From Candidatus Geothermarchaeota archaeon (GTDB lineage Archaea > Thermoproteota > Nitrososphaeria > Geothermarchaeales > JDFR-13), in contig WAMZ01000039.1 in NCBI GenBank assembly GCA_015522055.1, positions 1-20,000 of the forward strand: 20,000 nucleotides of DNA, given 5' to 3'. The notes under the pieces were generated by a model. It was not told where the DNA came from, did no database searches, and worked only from the letters and a program-made list of their open reading frames with translations. Shown piece by piece: positions 1 to 8,085 of this stretch; positions within the stretch are counted from its first letter, which is position 1; the number at the start of each line of letters is the position of its first letter. Made by a program: the position numbers and the translations under genes.

Positions 1-1
1 A

Positions 2-460
2 GCTTGGGGGATATATATAACTGTAGCTTATGTTACTGCGATCTACTTACTGCGACCAAACGATTCCAGTCATGGCATCTCAAAATATATATTACCGCCT
101 ATTTTGATGGTCAATATTGACCTGGCTCTTGACCCAGTAATGGTGAGTAGAAGACTGTGGGTATGGACTGATGATTTTCCTATTAGGTGGTTTGATGTAC
201 CAGTAACTAATTTTATAGGCTGGTTCATAGTATCTCTAACTATCTTAATTATATATTACAGGTTTGGTGGGAGGTCCCCGACAAACTATTTAGACAGTAA
301 ATTCTCTCATGTGAGTCCCGCCGTATATTTGATGCTTTTCTTATCGCCTACATTAGTCGCTATAGAAGCTGGCATATCTCTACTGCCTATCCTATATTCT
401 CTATCTATCTATTTAGGCTTACTTATTATACTATTCTTTGGACTCAATCTTCTTAAGTAA
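2..460 (+). CDS. Integral membrane protein, C-terminal part (gene starts upstream of the window); DUF422/carotenoid-biosynthesis-protein-like
   Basis: Frame 2 is open from the window edge (AWGIYITVAYVTAIYLL...) into tracked ORF 104..460, so the TTG/ATG at 104/107 is probably internal. There are several hydrophobic helices. The LALDPVM..W.W and NFIGWF motifs recall the DUF422 family; this assignment is from memory and was not searched. Confidence 0.55.
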   Translation, partial: AWGIYITVAYVTAIYLLRPNDSSHGISKYILPPILMVNIDLALDPVMVSRRLWVWTDDFPIRWFDVPVTNFIGWFIVSLTILIIYYRFGGRSPTNYLDSKFSHVSPAVYLMLFLSPTLVAIEAGISLLPILYSLSIYLGLLIILFFGLNLLK

Positions 461-784
461 CATATCTACCAAGTCATCCTTTAGTGGTCTTACGATGATA
501 AAGTATATTGACCGTGGATTTTCCCCCAACTCAGTATATTTGGTTTTCTTTACCTCATTATCTATTGTAACCTCGATTACTTCAGTATCGTCGGTAATCA
601 TCTCACTGTCCCTGGTAAATAGTAAATACCATGTATTCCTGCCTATTATTATAGGTATGTATGCAATGCCCTTAGCAACCCTAATCTCGCCGAATCTATA
701 TGCTACTACTGTACCTGACAAAGTTTTGGAGGCATTTAGCATTTCCTTTAGGGTGGAGAACTCGGTTGTTATTAATTCAACCAA
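431..784 (-). CDS. Hypothetical protein (117 aa), probably co-transcribed with the amidohydrolase
   Basis: Composition is balanced and charged, unlike the Ser/Leu-rich antisense ORF 438..863. It starts 16 nt after the stop of 801..2063 on the same strand. No family recognised. The 3' end overlaps convergent gene 2..460 by 30 nt. Confidence 0.5.
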   Translation of the reverse strand: MVELITTEFSTLKEMLNASKTLSGTVVAYRFGEIRVAKGIAYIPIIIGRNTWYLLFTRDSEMITDDTEVIEVTIDNEVKKTKYTELGENPRSIYFIIVRPLKDDLVDMLLKKIESKE

Positions 785-800
785 TTATAGCCACCTCCCA

Positions 801-2063
801 TCACACTGTCTTTTTATAGATTTCTCCCTCCTTCATTATGAAAACGATATTATCTTTATCTAGTAAAACGTCAATATTTGCCAATGGATTCCCCGATACC
901 GCAATTATATCTGCTTTTTTATTCGGCTCTAAGGTACCGATTTGATTCTCGAGACCAGCAGCATAGGCGCCAGCCTTAGTCGCTGACATTAATACATCTT
1001 CTGGCTTCATCCCAATCCTCTCCGAATATATCTTTAATTCTATAGAATTTTCCCCCATTGGCAGCCATCCACCGACATAATCTGTACCTGCAGCAATTAG
1101 TACGCCAGCCTTATAAGCTTTCTTAACAGTTTCAATATGAATTTCATATACCTCTTCGGCTTTTCTCAATCCCCACTCTGGTATTCCGTGTTTAGCTCCT
1201 TCTTTGACAATCTTATCTACTATGGCCAAGGTAGGCACTATCACAGCTTTATGTTCTAAGGCTAGGTTAAACTCGTTATCCCCCATGTATATCGCGTGTG
1301 CGATAACCCTGACGCCACATTCTATTGCATTCGCTATCCCTTCCGCGCCCTGGGCGTGAGCATGGACTATTCTAGAGGCTTTGGACGCCTCTTCCACTAT
1401 GGCCTTTATCTCTTTCCTAGTAAACTGTGTGTACTCAGGCTTATCTTTCTGTGATAACACTCCACCAGTAGCCATTATCTTTATGAAGTCAGCCCCTTCT
1501 CTTAATGCATATCTAGTTGCTTTTCTACACTCGTCTTCTCCATCGCATAACAATGATGCGAAGGGTGTCAGCTTCTTGGTTGTCCTGATATCAACCCATT
1601 CACTTGGAAGATAGTGGGTGTCTGCATGCCCGAATGTCTGTGATAGCGGGGGGCCTGCGGCAACTATCCTCGGCCCAACTATACTCCCCTCCCTAACAGC
1701 TTCTCTAAGGTGGAGTGCTACTAATCCTCCCGCGTCTACTACAGTCGTATATCCTGCATCTAGCAATGCCTTTGCATCATTAACAGCTCTAGCCACAAAC
1801 ACTCCAAAAGGCGTAAGTAACGGTTCTTTAACGAAGTCACCAGTTCTGAATCCCTGTAAATGTAGATGAGCGTCTATTAAACCAGGCATAACGAAGGAAC
1901 CCCCGAGGTCTATAACTTCCGAGTCCTGTGGAATATCTACTTCACTTTCCTTGCCTACTGCGAGGATATTTCCATCCTCAACCACGACACAACCATTCTT
2001 TATTACTTCCCCATCTATAGCGGTAAATACTTCACAGTTGACTAAAGCAGTCTTCCCAGGCAT
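801..2063 (-). CDS. Metal-dependent amidohydrolase family protein (420 aa)
   Basis: Amidohydrolase-superfamily metal-ligand motifs are present: PGLIDAHLHL near the N-terminus, HAHAQG, and AAGTD near the C-terminus. There is an N-terminal beta-sandwich-like segment. Substrate is not assignable from sequence. Confidence 0.9.
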   Translation of the reverse strand: MPGKTALVNCEVFTAIDGEVIKNGCVVVEDGNILAVGKESEVDIPQDSEVIDLGGSFVMPGLIDAHLHLQGFRTGDFVKEPLLTPFGVFVARAVNDAKALLDAGYTTVVDAGGLVALHLREAVREGSIVGPRIVAAGPPLSQTFGHADTHYLPSEWVDIRTTKKLTPFASLLCDGEDECRKATRYALREGADFIKIMATGGVLSQKDKPEYTQFTRKEIKAIVEEASKASRIVHAHAQGAEGIANAIECGVRVIAHAIYMGDNEFNLALEHKAVIVPTLAIVDKIVKEGAKHGIPEWGLRKAEEVYEIHIETVKKAYKAGVLIAAGTDYVGGWLPMGENSIELKIYSERIGMKPEDVLMSATKAGAYAAGLENQIGTLEPNKKADIIAVSGNPLANIDVLLDKDNIVFIMKEGEIYKKTV

Positions 2064-2161
2064 AAATATTAAATTACCTACATACTTTAGATAAAGTTTG
2101 AAGCTATCTATACTATTTATTAATCACCCATTTCATGAATTAAATTTATTTGGTGATCAAG

Positions 2162-2323
2162 ATGCCTGAGCGTAAGAGGGAGGCCCCGCCACCCGCAACG
2201 GCCGCTGGTCTGCTTCGCTTCTTTGAGGATGAGACGTCTGGTATACAAATTGACCCGATATATATTGTTATTGGTACTGTAGCCTTTATCGTGGTATCCA
2301 TGTTAATCAGGTTTTTCTTATAA
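2162..2323 (+). CDS. secG: Preprotein translocase subunit Sec61beta (archaeal SecG), 53 aa
   Basis: Hand translation gives MPERKREAPPPATAAGLLRFFEDETSGIQIDPIYIVIGTVAFIVVSMLIRFFL. It has the conserved AGLxR(Y/F)xxE..xIxIxP block followed by a single C-terminal TM helix, as in archaeal Sec61beta. An A/T-rich box (aaatttattt, ~2143-2152) lies just upstream. The ORF is absent from the track only because it is short. Confidence 0.85.
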   Translation: MPERKREAPPPATAAGLLRFFEDETSGIQIDPIYIVIGTVAFIVVSMLIRFFL

Positions 2324-4153
2324 TTGAAAATGTCGTCTGTAACAGACCAGTTAGCAGAATATTATAAAAAGCTATTTACATTAGGGAGTCTAAGACGGAA
2401 TCTATATATCTTTACGGGTCTCTACTCAGCCCTCATACTATATCTCTATGTTATCCTAAATATATCTGTGGTCTATGGAGGATCCTTCACATCACCCATA
2501 ATTACATTATTAATTATTCCAGGCTTGAGTCTCTTCCTTGACTATGTATTTATGAGAAATAATGATAGGGATAAGAGGCTCTATAGTTTAAGGAGGCTAT
2601 TGGCCCTGAACAACATAATAACTTTGATTACTCTCTTTTCAGCCATTATATTTACACCCTTAATGGTATCTAATATGGATAGCTTACCCATGGTTCATCT
2701 AACTATTGGTGCGGTTATAGGCTTCAAACTTGTTATATTATATTCCACAGCTTATTCTAGGTTACCATATTTGGTTGGAAACCTGGCTTCTCTATACTTC
2801 ATTTACATCGCTGTATACCTAATTTTATATCTGTATCCTAGTTATGATCTGACTTCCATCGACCTCAATTCCATGATATTACCGATTTATTTAATCTCTA
2901 GTTTATTGATTTTCTCAGTGGGCTATATCACCTATATTAGTAGGGTTTCAAAGAAAGTTACTGGTGTCAGTGTTTTCTCATATCTTAAAGGTTTTATCGA
3001 TAGTTGGGTTTTAAATGACCCGAATTATCTGGAGAAGTTAATATCACCTAAATCTATAACTGTAAAGAGTGAGGCTGATTACATCGTTGTTCCAGATCTA
3101 CCGATGTTCCCCCTATTGATGGTTGTTCCTTATTTCCACTTTGGTCCATTTAGGAATGTGGGTAGCAGTGATTATCCAGCAATTCTATCCCGATACTTCT
3201 TTAATAAAGAGGGGTTGGAGACCATGGTTTTCCATAGCCCCAGTACACATACACTCGATATACCTAATAAAGATGAGGTTGGTAAGACAATAAAGTTTAT
3301 CGATGATTTCAGTAGTCCATATATAGCTAATACACTTAGTAACATAATGTCTCTTAGGGGGGATAAGGTAGCTACACATCTAGTTAAAGCAGATGGGGTG
3401 GCCTTTATATTCCTTGAGGCCGAGGAGATGGAGGATGTACCTCCACGTGTCGTTAGGGAGATTAGGTCTGAAGCTAGGGAGCTTGGGTATAGGCATGTGG
3501 TTGTAATTGATTCTCATAATGCTCTTACTAGGATTCGATACAGATTGTCAGAAGATCAGGTAGATAGTATGGTCGCGTTGGCCAAAAAAATATTAAGGGA
3601 GGGCCTAACATTAGAGACTTATCCTTTCAGGGCAGGCTTTGTTAAGATCAACTTACCTGGTATAGATATTGAGTCTGGATTGGGGAGCTCTGGTGTATCC
3701 ATCTTTGCATGGGAAACATTAACATCTAAGAATGTGATAATAAACTTCGATTCTAACAACCTATCTCCAGTACTTAGGGGTATTATTTATAAGGTGGTTC
3801 GGGATGAATTTGGGGCGAATGTAATCGTGACAACCAATGATACCCATGAGGTGAGCGCGGTCCCACTGAATATTAGGGGGTATAACATCTTGGGTGAACG
3901 TAGGGATGAGGCCAACCTAATTATACATTATATTAGAATTGGCTTGAGGAAGTGTCTTGAGAATATGAAGGAATCAGATCTACTTATCTATAATAAAGAA
4001 TTTACTGTCAATGTTTTGGGCATGGATGCGCTTGAGAGATTGAATGAGGTATTGAGAGTTAGTTACTCAGCTGCAAAGAATATGTTATTCAAGTTGGCCC
4101 TCCCCTTAATGTTCATAAATATTTTCTTGGTATATCTCACCATGTTAATTTAA
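2324..4153 (+). CDS. Polytopic membrane protein with large C-terminal soluble-type domain (DUF2070-like)
   Basis: 609-aa ORF. The N-terminal ~210 aa consist of multiple hydrophobic helices, followed by a ~370-aa non-hydrophobic domain and a final C-terminal TM helix. Size and architecture match the archaeal DUF2070 family (from memory). The start is TTG 2324, directly abutting the secG stop, or ATG 2330. Confidence 0.7.
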   Translation: MKMSSVTDQLAEYYKKLFTLGSLRRNLYIFTGLYSALILYLYVILNISVVYGGSFTSPIITLLIIPGLSLFLDYVFMRNNDRDKRLYSLRRLLALNNIITLITLFSAIIFTPLMVSNMDSLPMVHLTIGAVIGFKLVILYSTAYSRLPYLVGNLASLYFIYIAVYLILYLYPSYDLTSIDLNSMILPIYLISSLLIFSVGYITYISRVSKKVTGVSVFSYLKGFIDSWVLNDPNYLEKLISPKSITVKSEADYIVVPDLPMFPLLMVVPYFHFGPFRNVGSSDYPAILSRYFFNKEGLETMVFHSPSTHTLDIPNKDEVGKTIKFIDDFSSPYIANTLSNIMSLRGDKVATHLVKADGVAFIFLEAEEMEDVPPRVVREIRSEARELGYRHVVVIDSHNALTRIRYRLSEDQVDSMVALAKKILREGLTLETYPFRAGFVKINLPGIDIESGLGSSGVSIFAWETLTSKNVIINFDSNNLSPVLRGIIYKVVRDEFGANVIVTTNDTHEVSAVPLNIRGYNILGERRDEANLIIHYIRIGLRKCLENMKESDLLIYNKEFTVNVLGMDALERLNEVLRVSYSAAKNMLFKLALPLMFINIFLVYLTMLI

Positions 4154-4185
4154 TTCTTGGTAAAAGATTAGAATAACACCTAAGC

Positions 4186-4194
4186 TATATATTA
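4186..4194 (+). promoter_or_regulatory. TATA-like box upstream of the Alba operon
   Basis: tatatatta lies ~25 nt upstream of ATG 4215 and is preceded by gaataacacc (see the BRE-like motif finding). A purine-rich gaggggg (4204-4210) could act as an SD if the transcript carries a leader. Confidence 0.45.
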
Positions 4195-4214
4195 TCTTAA
4201 AAAGAGGGGGTTAT

Positions 4215-4514
4215 ATGAGTCAGCCGGAGGAGTCGCAGCAGGAGACGCCCACCGTCTATATAGGTAGAAAGAATATGAGTTACTATATAAATGTATGTCT
4301 AAAGTTGTTTGATAAGAATCATCCTAGGGTAGTTGTTGAGGGTATGGGTCAGAATATTAAGAAGGCTGTTGATGTGGCCAATTTCTTGAGATTTATTTAT
4401 AAAACATCTAAGATAAATATAGAGGATATCTCTATAGACTTGGTTGAGGGGGAGGTTGTCAGGGGGTTGCCTAAGAAGATATCCCGTATTAGAATTACTC
4501 TATCCCGTGAATAG
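4215..4514 (+). CDS. albA: DNA/RNA-binding protein Alba (99 aa)
   Basis: Length and the core pattern IGRKNMSYYINVCL...VVVEGMGQNIKKAVDVANFL...ISRIRITL align with the Alba/Sso10b fold pattern (vlIGkKp...arGraIskAVdvaEi...). It may be an Alba2-type paralogue, since G-M-G replaces A-R-G. Confidence 0.88.
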   Translation: MSQPEESQQETPTVYIGRKNMSYYINVCLKLFDKNHPRVVVEGMGQNIKKAVDVANFLRFIYKTSKINIEDISIDLVEGEVVRGLPKKISRIRITLSRE

Positions 4515-4519
4515 GGGCC

Positions 4520-6019
4520 ATGAGCGGTGTTCATGATAGTGAAGAGGAACGTATAATCGAGTTGATATTGAGTAGATCCCCCTCATTAACTAGGATGGAT
4601 GTGGAGAGGCTTATAGAGGAGAAGATGCGTCATAAACATGTATCTAGGAAGACTGCTCTCTATTTGCTTTCTATTGAGTTGGGTGTTAGGTTGGACAGCC
4701 CTGTTGAGGAGCGACTAACGATATCCAGTCTTACAGGAGGTTTATCGAATGTATCCTTGATTGGAAGGATATTGTGGTTGAAGGATACTGTTAAGTTGAG
4801 TAAGAGGCCAGGTATACAGACTAGGGGAGGTATTGGGGATGGCTCTGGATATGCTCCAGTGGTTTTTTGGGATATTTCAAGGGAGGAGTTAGAGGAAAAT
4901 GGTGTATTTCCAGGTACCGTAGTAGAGATAAGTAATTGCTATACAAGAATGAATATTGCTGGTAGGGTTGAGGTCCACGTCGGCCGTAGAAGCCAGATCC
5001 AAGTTAGGGATGACATAACTGATATTCCTAAGTTAGCAGCGTTCATTAAACCTCTTCATGAAGTCGATGTATCGAATAATTATGTCAATGTCTATGGCAT
5101 AGTGGTTTCCAAGGCACCAGCTAGAGAGATAAAAATAGATGAGAATTACATACAAGTATCTTCTTTTACCTTGGCATCTAAGGATAAGAGTTACCGGGTT
5201 GTTTTGTGGAGGGACGCGGTGACAAATTATAACTGGATAAATGTAGGGGATAAGATTGTCATATTCGATGGTAAAGTTAAGTTGAATAAATTCGGTGAAC
5301 TAGAGATCCATGTAAGTAATACCTCACATATAGAGATGAACCCGAATTTGGAGGTTGAGCTTAAACCCAGGACTATGAGGCTACGGGACGTAATCCCTGG
5401 GCATAACCTTGGTAAAATATATGTTAGGATATTGGCCGTTGGTAAGGAGCGGGTGAACCCAAATTTGGGTAGGCCTTCACAAACTTTGTATGTTGTTGAT
5501 GATACTGGGGACGCTTCACTAACGATATCGGGAGGATTGGTTAATAAGGTGAGGGGCCTATTAAGACCTATGGATACACTATCAGTAGAGTTTTTTAGGG
5601 CTAGTCTTAGAGGCGGCCAGCTCTTTATATTTGCCGATGAAGGAAGTAGGATTGAGGTAAATCCACGGGATACCCCCTTCATCCTCCCGGTATATACGGT
5701 TCCCTTCAGGACAGCATCAACCTTATCTACAGTTGATAAAATAGTTAATTTAGAGGGTAAAATAGTAGAGTTCCTAAGTGAGGAGGCGCCTAGTGTAGAG
5801 ATACCTACATTTAACAAATCTATCTTGGTTGAGGATAGGGAGGGCAATCCAATAAAGATACTGTATAGGGATGATCTATCCAATTATGCTGAAGAGGATA
5901 TTAATGAGGGTGATGAGGTAATTTTCTATGGGCTGGCTATTGATATGGCATCATTCCTTCTACCCGGTAGTATACCTACATTGAGGCTAAGGGCCTACTC
6001 CAGGATAGAGAAGAAATGA
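4520..6019 (+). CDS. Multi-OB-fold nucleic-acid-binding protein (RPA-like, about four OB repeats) with helical N-terminal domain
   Basis: The ATG lies 5 nt after the Alba stop. Four repeats of ~100 aa each show the OB pattern: a hydrophobic beta-strand run, then acidic-Gly, then W/F, then G-D/E-x-V. Examples are SLIGRILWL...GDGSGYAPVVFWD...GTVVEISN; VNVYGIVVS...YRVVLWRD...GDKIVIFDG; and IYVRILAV...VVDDTGDASL. No zinc finger seen. Confidence 0.75.
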   Translation: MSGVHDSEEERIIELILSRSPSLTRMDVERLIEEKMRHKHVSRKTALYLLSIELGVRLDSPVEERLTISSLTGGLSNVSLIGRILWLKDTVKLSKRPGIQTRGGIGDGSGYAPVVFWDISREELEENGVFPGTVVEISNCYTRMNIAGRVEVHVGRRSQIQVRDDITDIPKLAAFIKPLHEVDVSNNYVNVYGIVVSKAPAREIKIDENYIQVSSFTLASKDKSYRVVLWRDAVTNYNWINVGDKIVIFDGKVKLNKFGELEIHVSNTSHIEMNPNLEVELKPRTMRLRDVIPGHNLGKIYVRILAVGKERVNPNLGRPSQTLYVVDDTGDASLTISGGLVNKVRGLLRPMDTLSVEFFRASLRGGQLFIFADEGSRIEVNPRDTPFILPVYTVPFRTASTLSTVDKIVNLEGKIVEFLSEEAPSVEIPTFNKSILVEDREGNPIKILYRDDLSNYAEEDINEGDEVIFYGLAIDMASFLLPGSIPTLRLRAYSRIEKK

Positions 6020-6036
6020 ATTATTAACATTATTTA

Positions 6037-6174
6037 TCATTTAGCTTCTTTCTTAACCTGGAGATATAGATAGTATATGGATAAGGTGACTGCAATACCA
6101 GACAGAACAGCTATCGAGAGGGTGATTAAATTATATATCTCTCCTACACCCAATGTACACCACCCGGCTATCAA
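6037..6174 (-). CDS. Possible small single-TM protein (45 aa, TTG start), speculative
   Basis: Hand translation of the minus strand gives (M)IAGWCTLGVGEIYNLITLSIAVLSGIAVTLSIYYLYLQVKKEAK. This is one hydrophobic helix with a basic tail. The start is non-ATG, no family was recognised, and it could be chance. Confidence 0.2.
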   Translation of the reverse strand: MIAGWCTLGVGEIYNLITLSIAVLSGIAVTLSIYYLYLQVKKEAK

Positions 6175-6221
6175 TTAATATAAGACTATAGGACAATGAT
6201 TAATAAAATAATTTCTATACG

Positions 6222-6626
6222 TCATATGGGCCACGCCTCTTCTATATTGAACTTTAGGTATCTCATAACCCAGTCAAAATCATTTTCGCTGAACTCCAAC
6301 TCCTCAATTTTATCCAAAGCCTTCAATATTTTAAATGCTATGATATGAGGGCAAAATTTCCGTCTAGTGATGTTTATCGGGTGTCTAGACATACATCCAC
6401 AGTATCCTACCTGATCAAATATTATATAATCCCCTGAGTCGCCTGAGAACGCGTCAACCATGTATTTCCCCATTTTTATCCTAAAAGCTCTATTACTATT
6501 GAGTAGCTCAACGGCTCTAATGACTTCATCCCCGAAATTTATTAGTAGCTCTGTAAGTTGACTTGGTGATATAACTTTATATTTAGATATCTCTTTAATG
6601 ATTTTATCCAAATCGTCTGTATTCAA
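6222..6626 (-). CDS. SWIM zinc-finger domain protein (134 aa)
   Basis: A CxCx13CxH signature is present (GYCGCMSRHPINITRRKFCPHIIAF), matching the SWIM consensus CxCxnCxH. TTG is the only available start, as an in-frame stop lies 24 nt upstream. Confidence 0.75.
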   Translation of the reverse strand: MNTDDLDKIIKEISKYKVISPSQLTELLINFGDEVIRAVELLNSNRAFRIKMGKYMVDAFSGDSGDYIIFDQVGYCGCMSRHPINITRRKFCPHIIAFKILKALDKIEELEFSENDFDWVMRYLKFNIEEAWPI

Positions 6627-6672
6627 TTTACACGCCCTTAGGATTAGTAGTTAATACAAGGATTATTTTAAG

Positions 6673-6800
6673 TGGGGCGCCGGCACCGGGGGTTCACTGG
6701 GGCTCACGCACCCAGCTAGTCCCCGGCGTTGTGGGGTTTCACTTCGGGGTTCGGAAAATGGGACCCGGTGGAAACCCCCACACTATGGCCGGCTTCCCCA
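6673..6800 (-). rRNA. rrf: 5S ribosomal RNA (stand-alone gene)
   Basis: The reverse complement reads GGGGAAGCCGGCCAUAGUGUGGGGGUUUCCACCGGGUCCCAUUUUCCGAACCCCGAAGUGAAACCCCAC...GGGACUAGCUGGGUGCGUGAGCCCCAGUGAACCCCCGGUGCCGGCGCCCC. It carries the universal 5S blocks (GCCAUAG; CCCAUuCCGAAC; GAAGUnAAnC). Helix I closes between GGGG..GCCGGC and GCCGGC.CCCC. The ends are uncertain by about 2 nt. Confidence 0.92.
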
Positions 6801-6823
6801 ACTTAAATATGCCATTCAATGAG

Positions 6824-6831
6824 TTTATAAA
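6824..6831 (-). promoter_or_regulatory. TATA box of the 5S rRNA gene
   Basis: The palindromic tttataaa is centred ~27-28 nt upstream of the inferred 5S 5' end (6799/6800). Confidence 0.55.
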
Positions 6832-6936
6832 TTTTTATTTGTAGTATTGTGAAAATATTATATAACACCCTTATACTATACTTATTGGAACCGGAATGGG
6901 TCATATAGATTTGTGGTATGTTGGTGAAGCTGTGTA

Positions 6937-8085
6937 ATGGAATTGGTGTCATTGGTTTTTGGTGGTCTGCCACCTGCCTTGCAAATCGGCGGTGATTACA
7001 ACCTACTTATTCAAACCCTATATATTCTACTGTTTTTTGTTTTGATCTTCTTTGGGCAGAGGATACAGCTACAGCTTATTCTAATGGAATTGGGCAATGT
7101 TATAGGGCACCTAGATCGGATGCGTAGGATGGGTAGAGAGGAGGCTTTGAAAAAACTCAAGCATTATTCGAAGAACAGCCAGCTGGAGGAGATATTTAAT
7201 AGGGTTATTGAGAGCTTCGTGATATTCCCGGAGTCTATGGATCCCTCTGGCATAATCCGGAAGCTGGAGCATATAATGGATATTAGGGAGACGCGTTTCA
7301 TCAACGATGTAAAAAAGATGATTAATAATGACGAAGTTAGTGAGTCTATGATAAAAACTATGTCGAACATGGTGGAGGCCTCTATGGCCTTGAATATGCT
7401 GTATAAAATCGCGCTTCATTATTATCTCCTAGCTAAGAAGACCAATAGTTATTTCATCGCCGCACAGCTGCAGATGCAGGCGCCCCTTATAATAAGCTTC
7501 GCTAGGGCTTATCTACAGGCTGTGTATGCGTTCAGGGATGGTGCCCCAGTCGGGGACGGTATAGGGCCGCTGGTTGTAAATAAATTCATGTCGGACAAAA
7601 AGGTTGTAAAGAAGAAGGAGGATTATGTTAAAGACACTTCTCTATATGAAATCGACTATATGAATCGGAGAGTCTTTATAGTCAAAGCTAAGGGGCCAGG
7701 TGGCAACGTTGGGAAACCAGGCGAAGCAATCAAGAAAGTTATTACTCGTATGAAGAAGGATATAAAACTGGTTATTATGATAGATGCGGCTTTAAAGTTG
7801 GAGGGTGAGAAGACTGGGACGATAGCTGAGGGTGTTGGAGCGGCCATTGGAGGTATAGGCGTCGAGAAGTTTAAGATCGAGGAGATAGTTACTAAGTATA
7901 ATATACCTTTATATGCCATTATTATCAAGATGTCGCTGATAGAAGCTATATCGATTATGAGTAAGAAGATAGCCTCGGTCTACGATGATGTCATTAAAAG
8001 GGTTGATAGGGTAATTAAGGAAGAGACTAACGAGGGTGACGCTGTTATCGTCGCTGGCATCGGTAATACGGTGGGGATCCCATGA
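6937..8085 (+). CDS. Conserved archaeal protein, N-terminally membrane-anchored (DUF1512-like)
   Basis: 382 aa. It has an N-terminal hydrophobic helix (LLIQTLYILLFFVLIFFGQRIQ), a helical middle region and a Gly-rich C-terminal domain (GPGGNVGKPGEA...DAALKLEGEKTGTIAEGVGAAIGGIG). Size and layout match archaeal DUF1512; this is from memory and needs an HMM check. Confidence 0.7.
   Translation: MELVSLVFGGLPPALQIGGDYNLLIQTLYILLFFVLIFFGQRIQLQLILMELGNVIGHLDRMRRMGREEALKKLKHYSKNSQLEEIFNRVIESFVIFPESMDPSGIIRKLEHIMDIRETRFINDVKKMINNDEVSESMIKTMSNMVEASMALNMLYKIALHYYLLAKKTNSYFIAAQLQMQAPLIISFARAYLQAVYAFRDGAPVGDGIGPLVVNKFMSDKKVVKKKEDYVKDTSLYEIDYMNRRVFIVKAKGPGGNVGKPGEAIKKVITRMKKDIKLVIMIDAALKLEGEKTGTIAEGVGAAIGGIGVEKFKIEEIVTKYNIPLYAIIIKMSLIEAISIMSKKIASVYDDVIKRVDRVIKEETNEGDAVIVAGIGNTVGIP

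Noticed and set aside
438-863. ORF 438..863 (+), 141 aa
   Set aside because: It is the antisense shadow of 431..784 and of the amidohydrolase 3' end. It is Ser/Ile/Leu-rich and low-complexity, and would overlap two better-supported genes.
1381-1869. ORFs 1381..1614 and 1618..1869 (+)
   Set aside because: These are antisense shadows inside the well-supported amidohydrolase gene, with Ser/Pro/Ala-rich composition.
5227-5883. ORF 5227..5883 (-), 218 aa (also 3185..3379 -)
   Set aside because: It is antisense to the OB-fold gene (and, for 3185..3379, to the DUF2070-like gene). It is Ser/Leu/Thr-rich with no motifs, whereas the sense frames have recognisable domain repeats.
6665-6800. GC-rich island first considered as SRP or RNase P RNA on the plus strand
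   Set aside because: The reverse complement is an unambiguous 5S rRNA, with the conserved GCCAUAG and CCCAUuCCGAAC blocks and a closing helix I.
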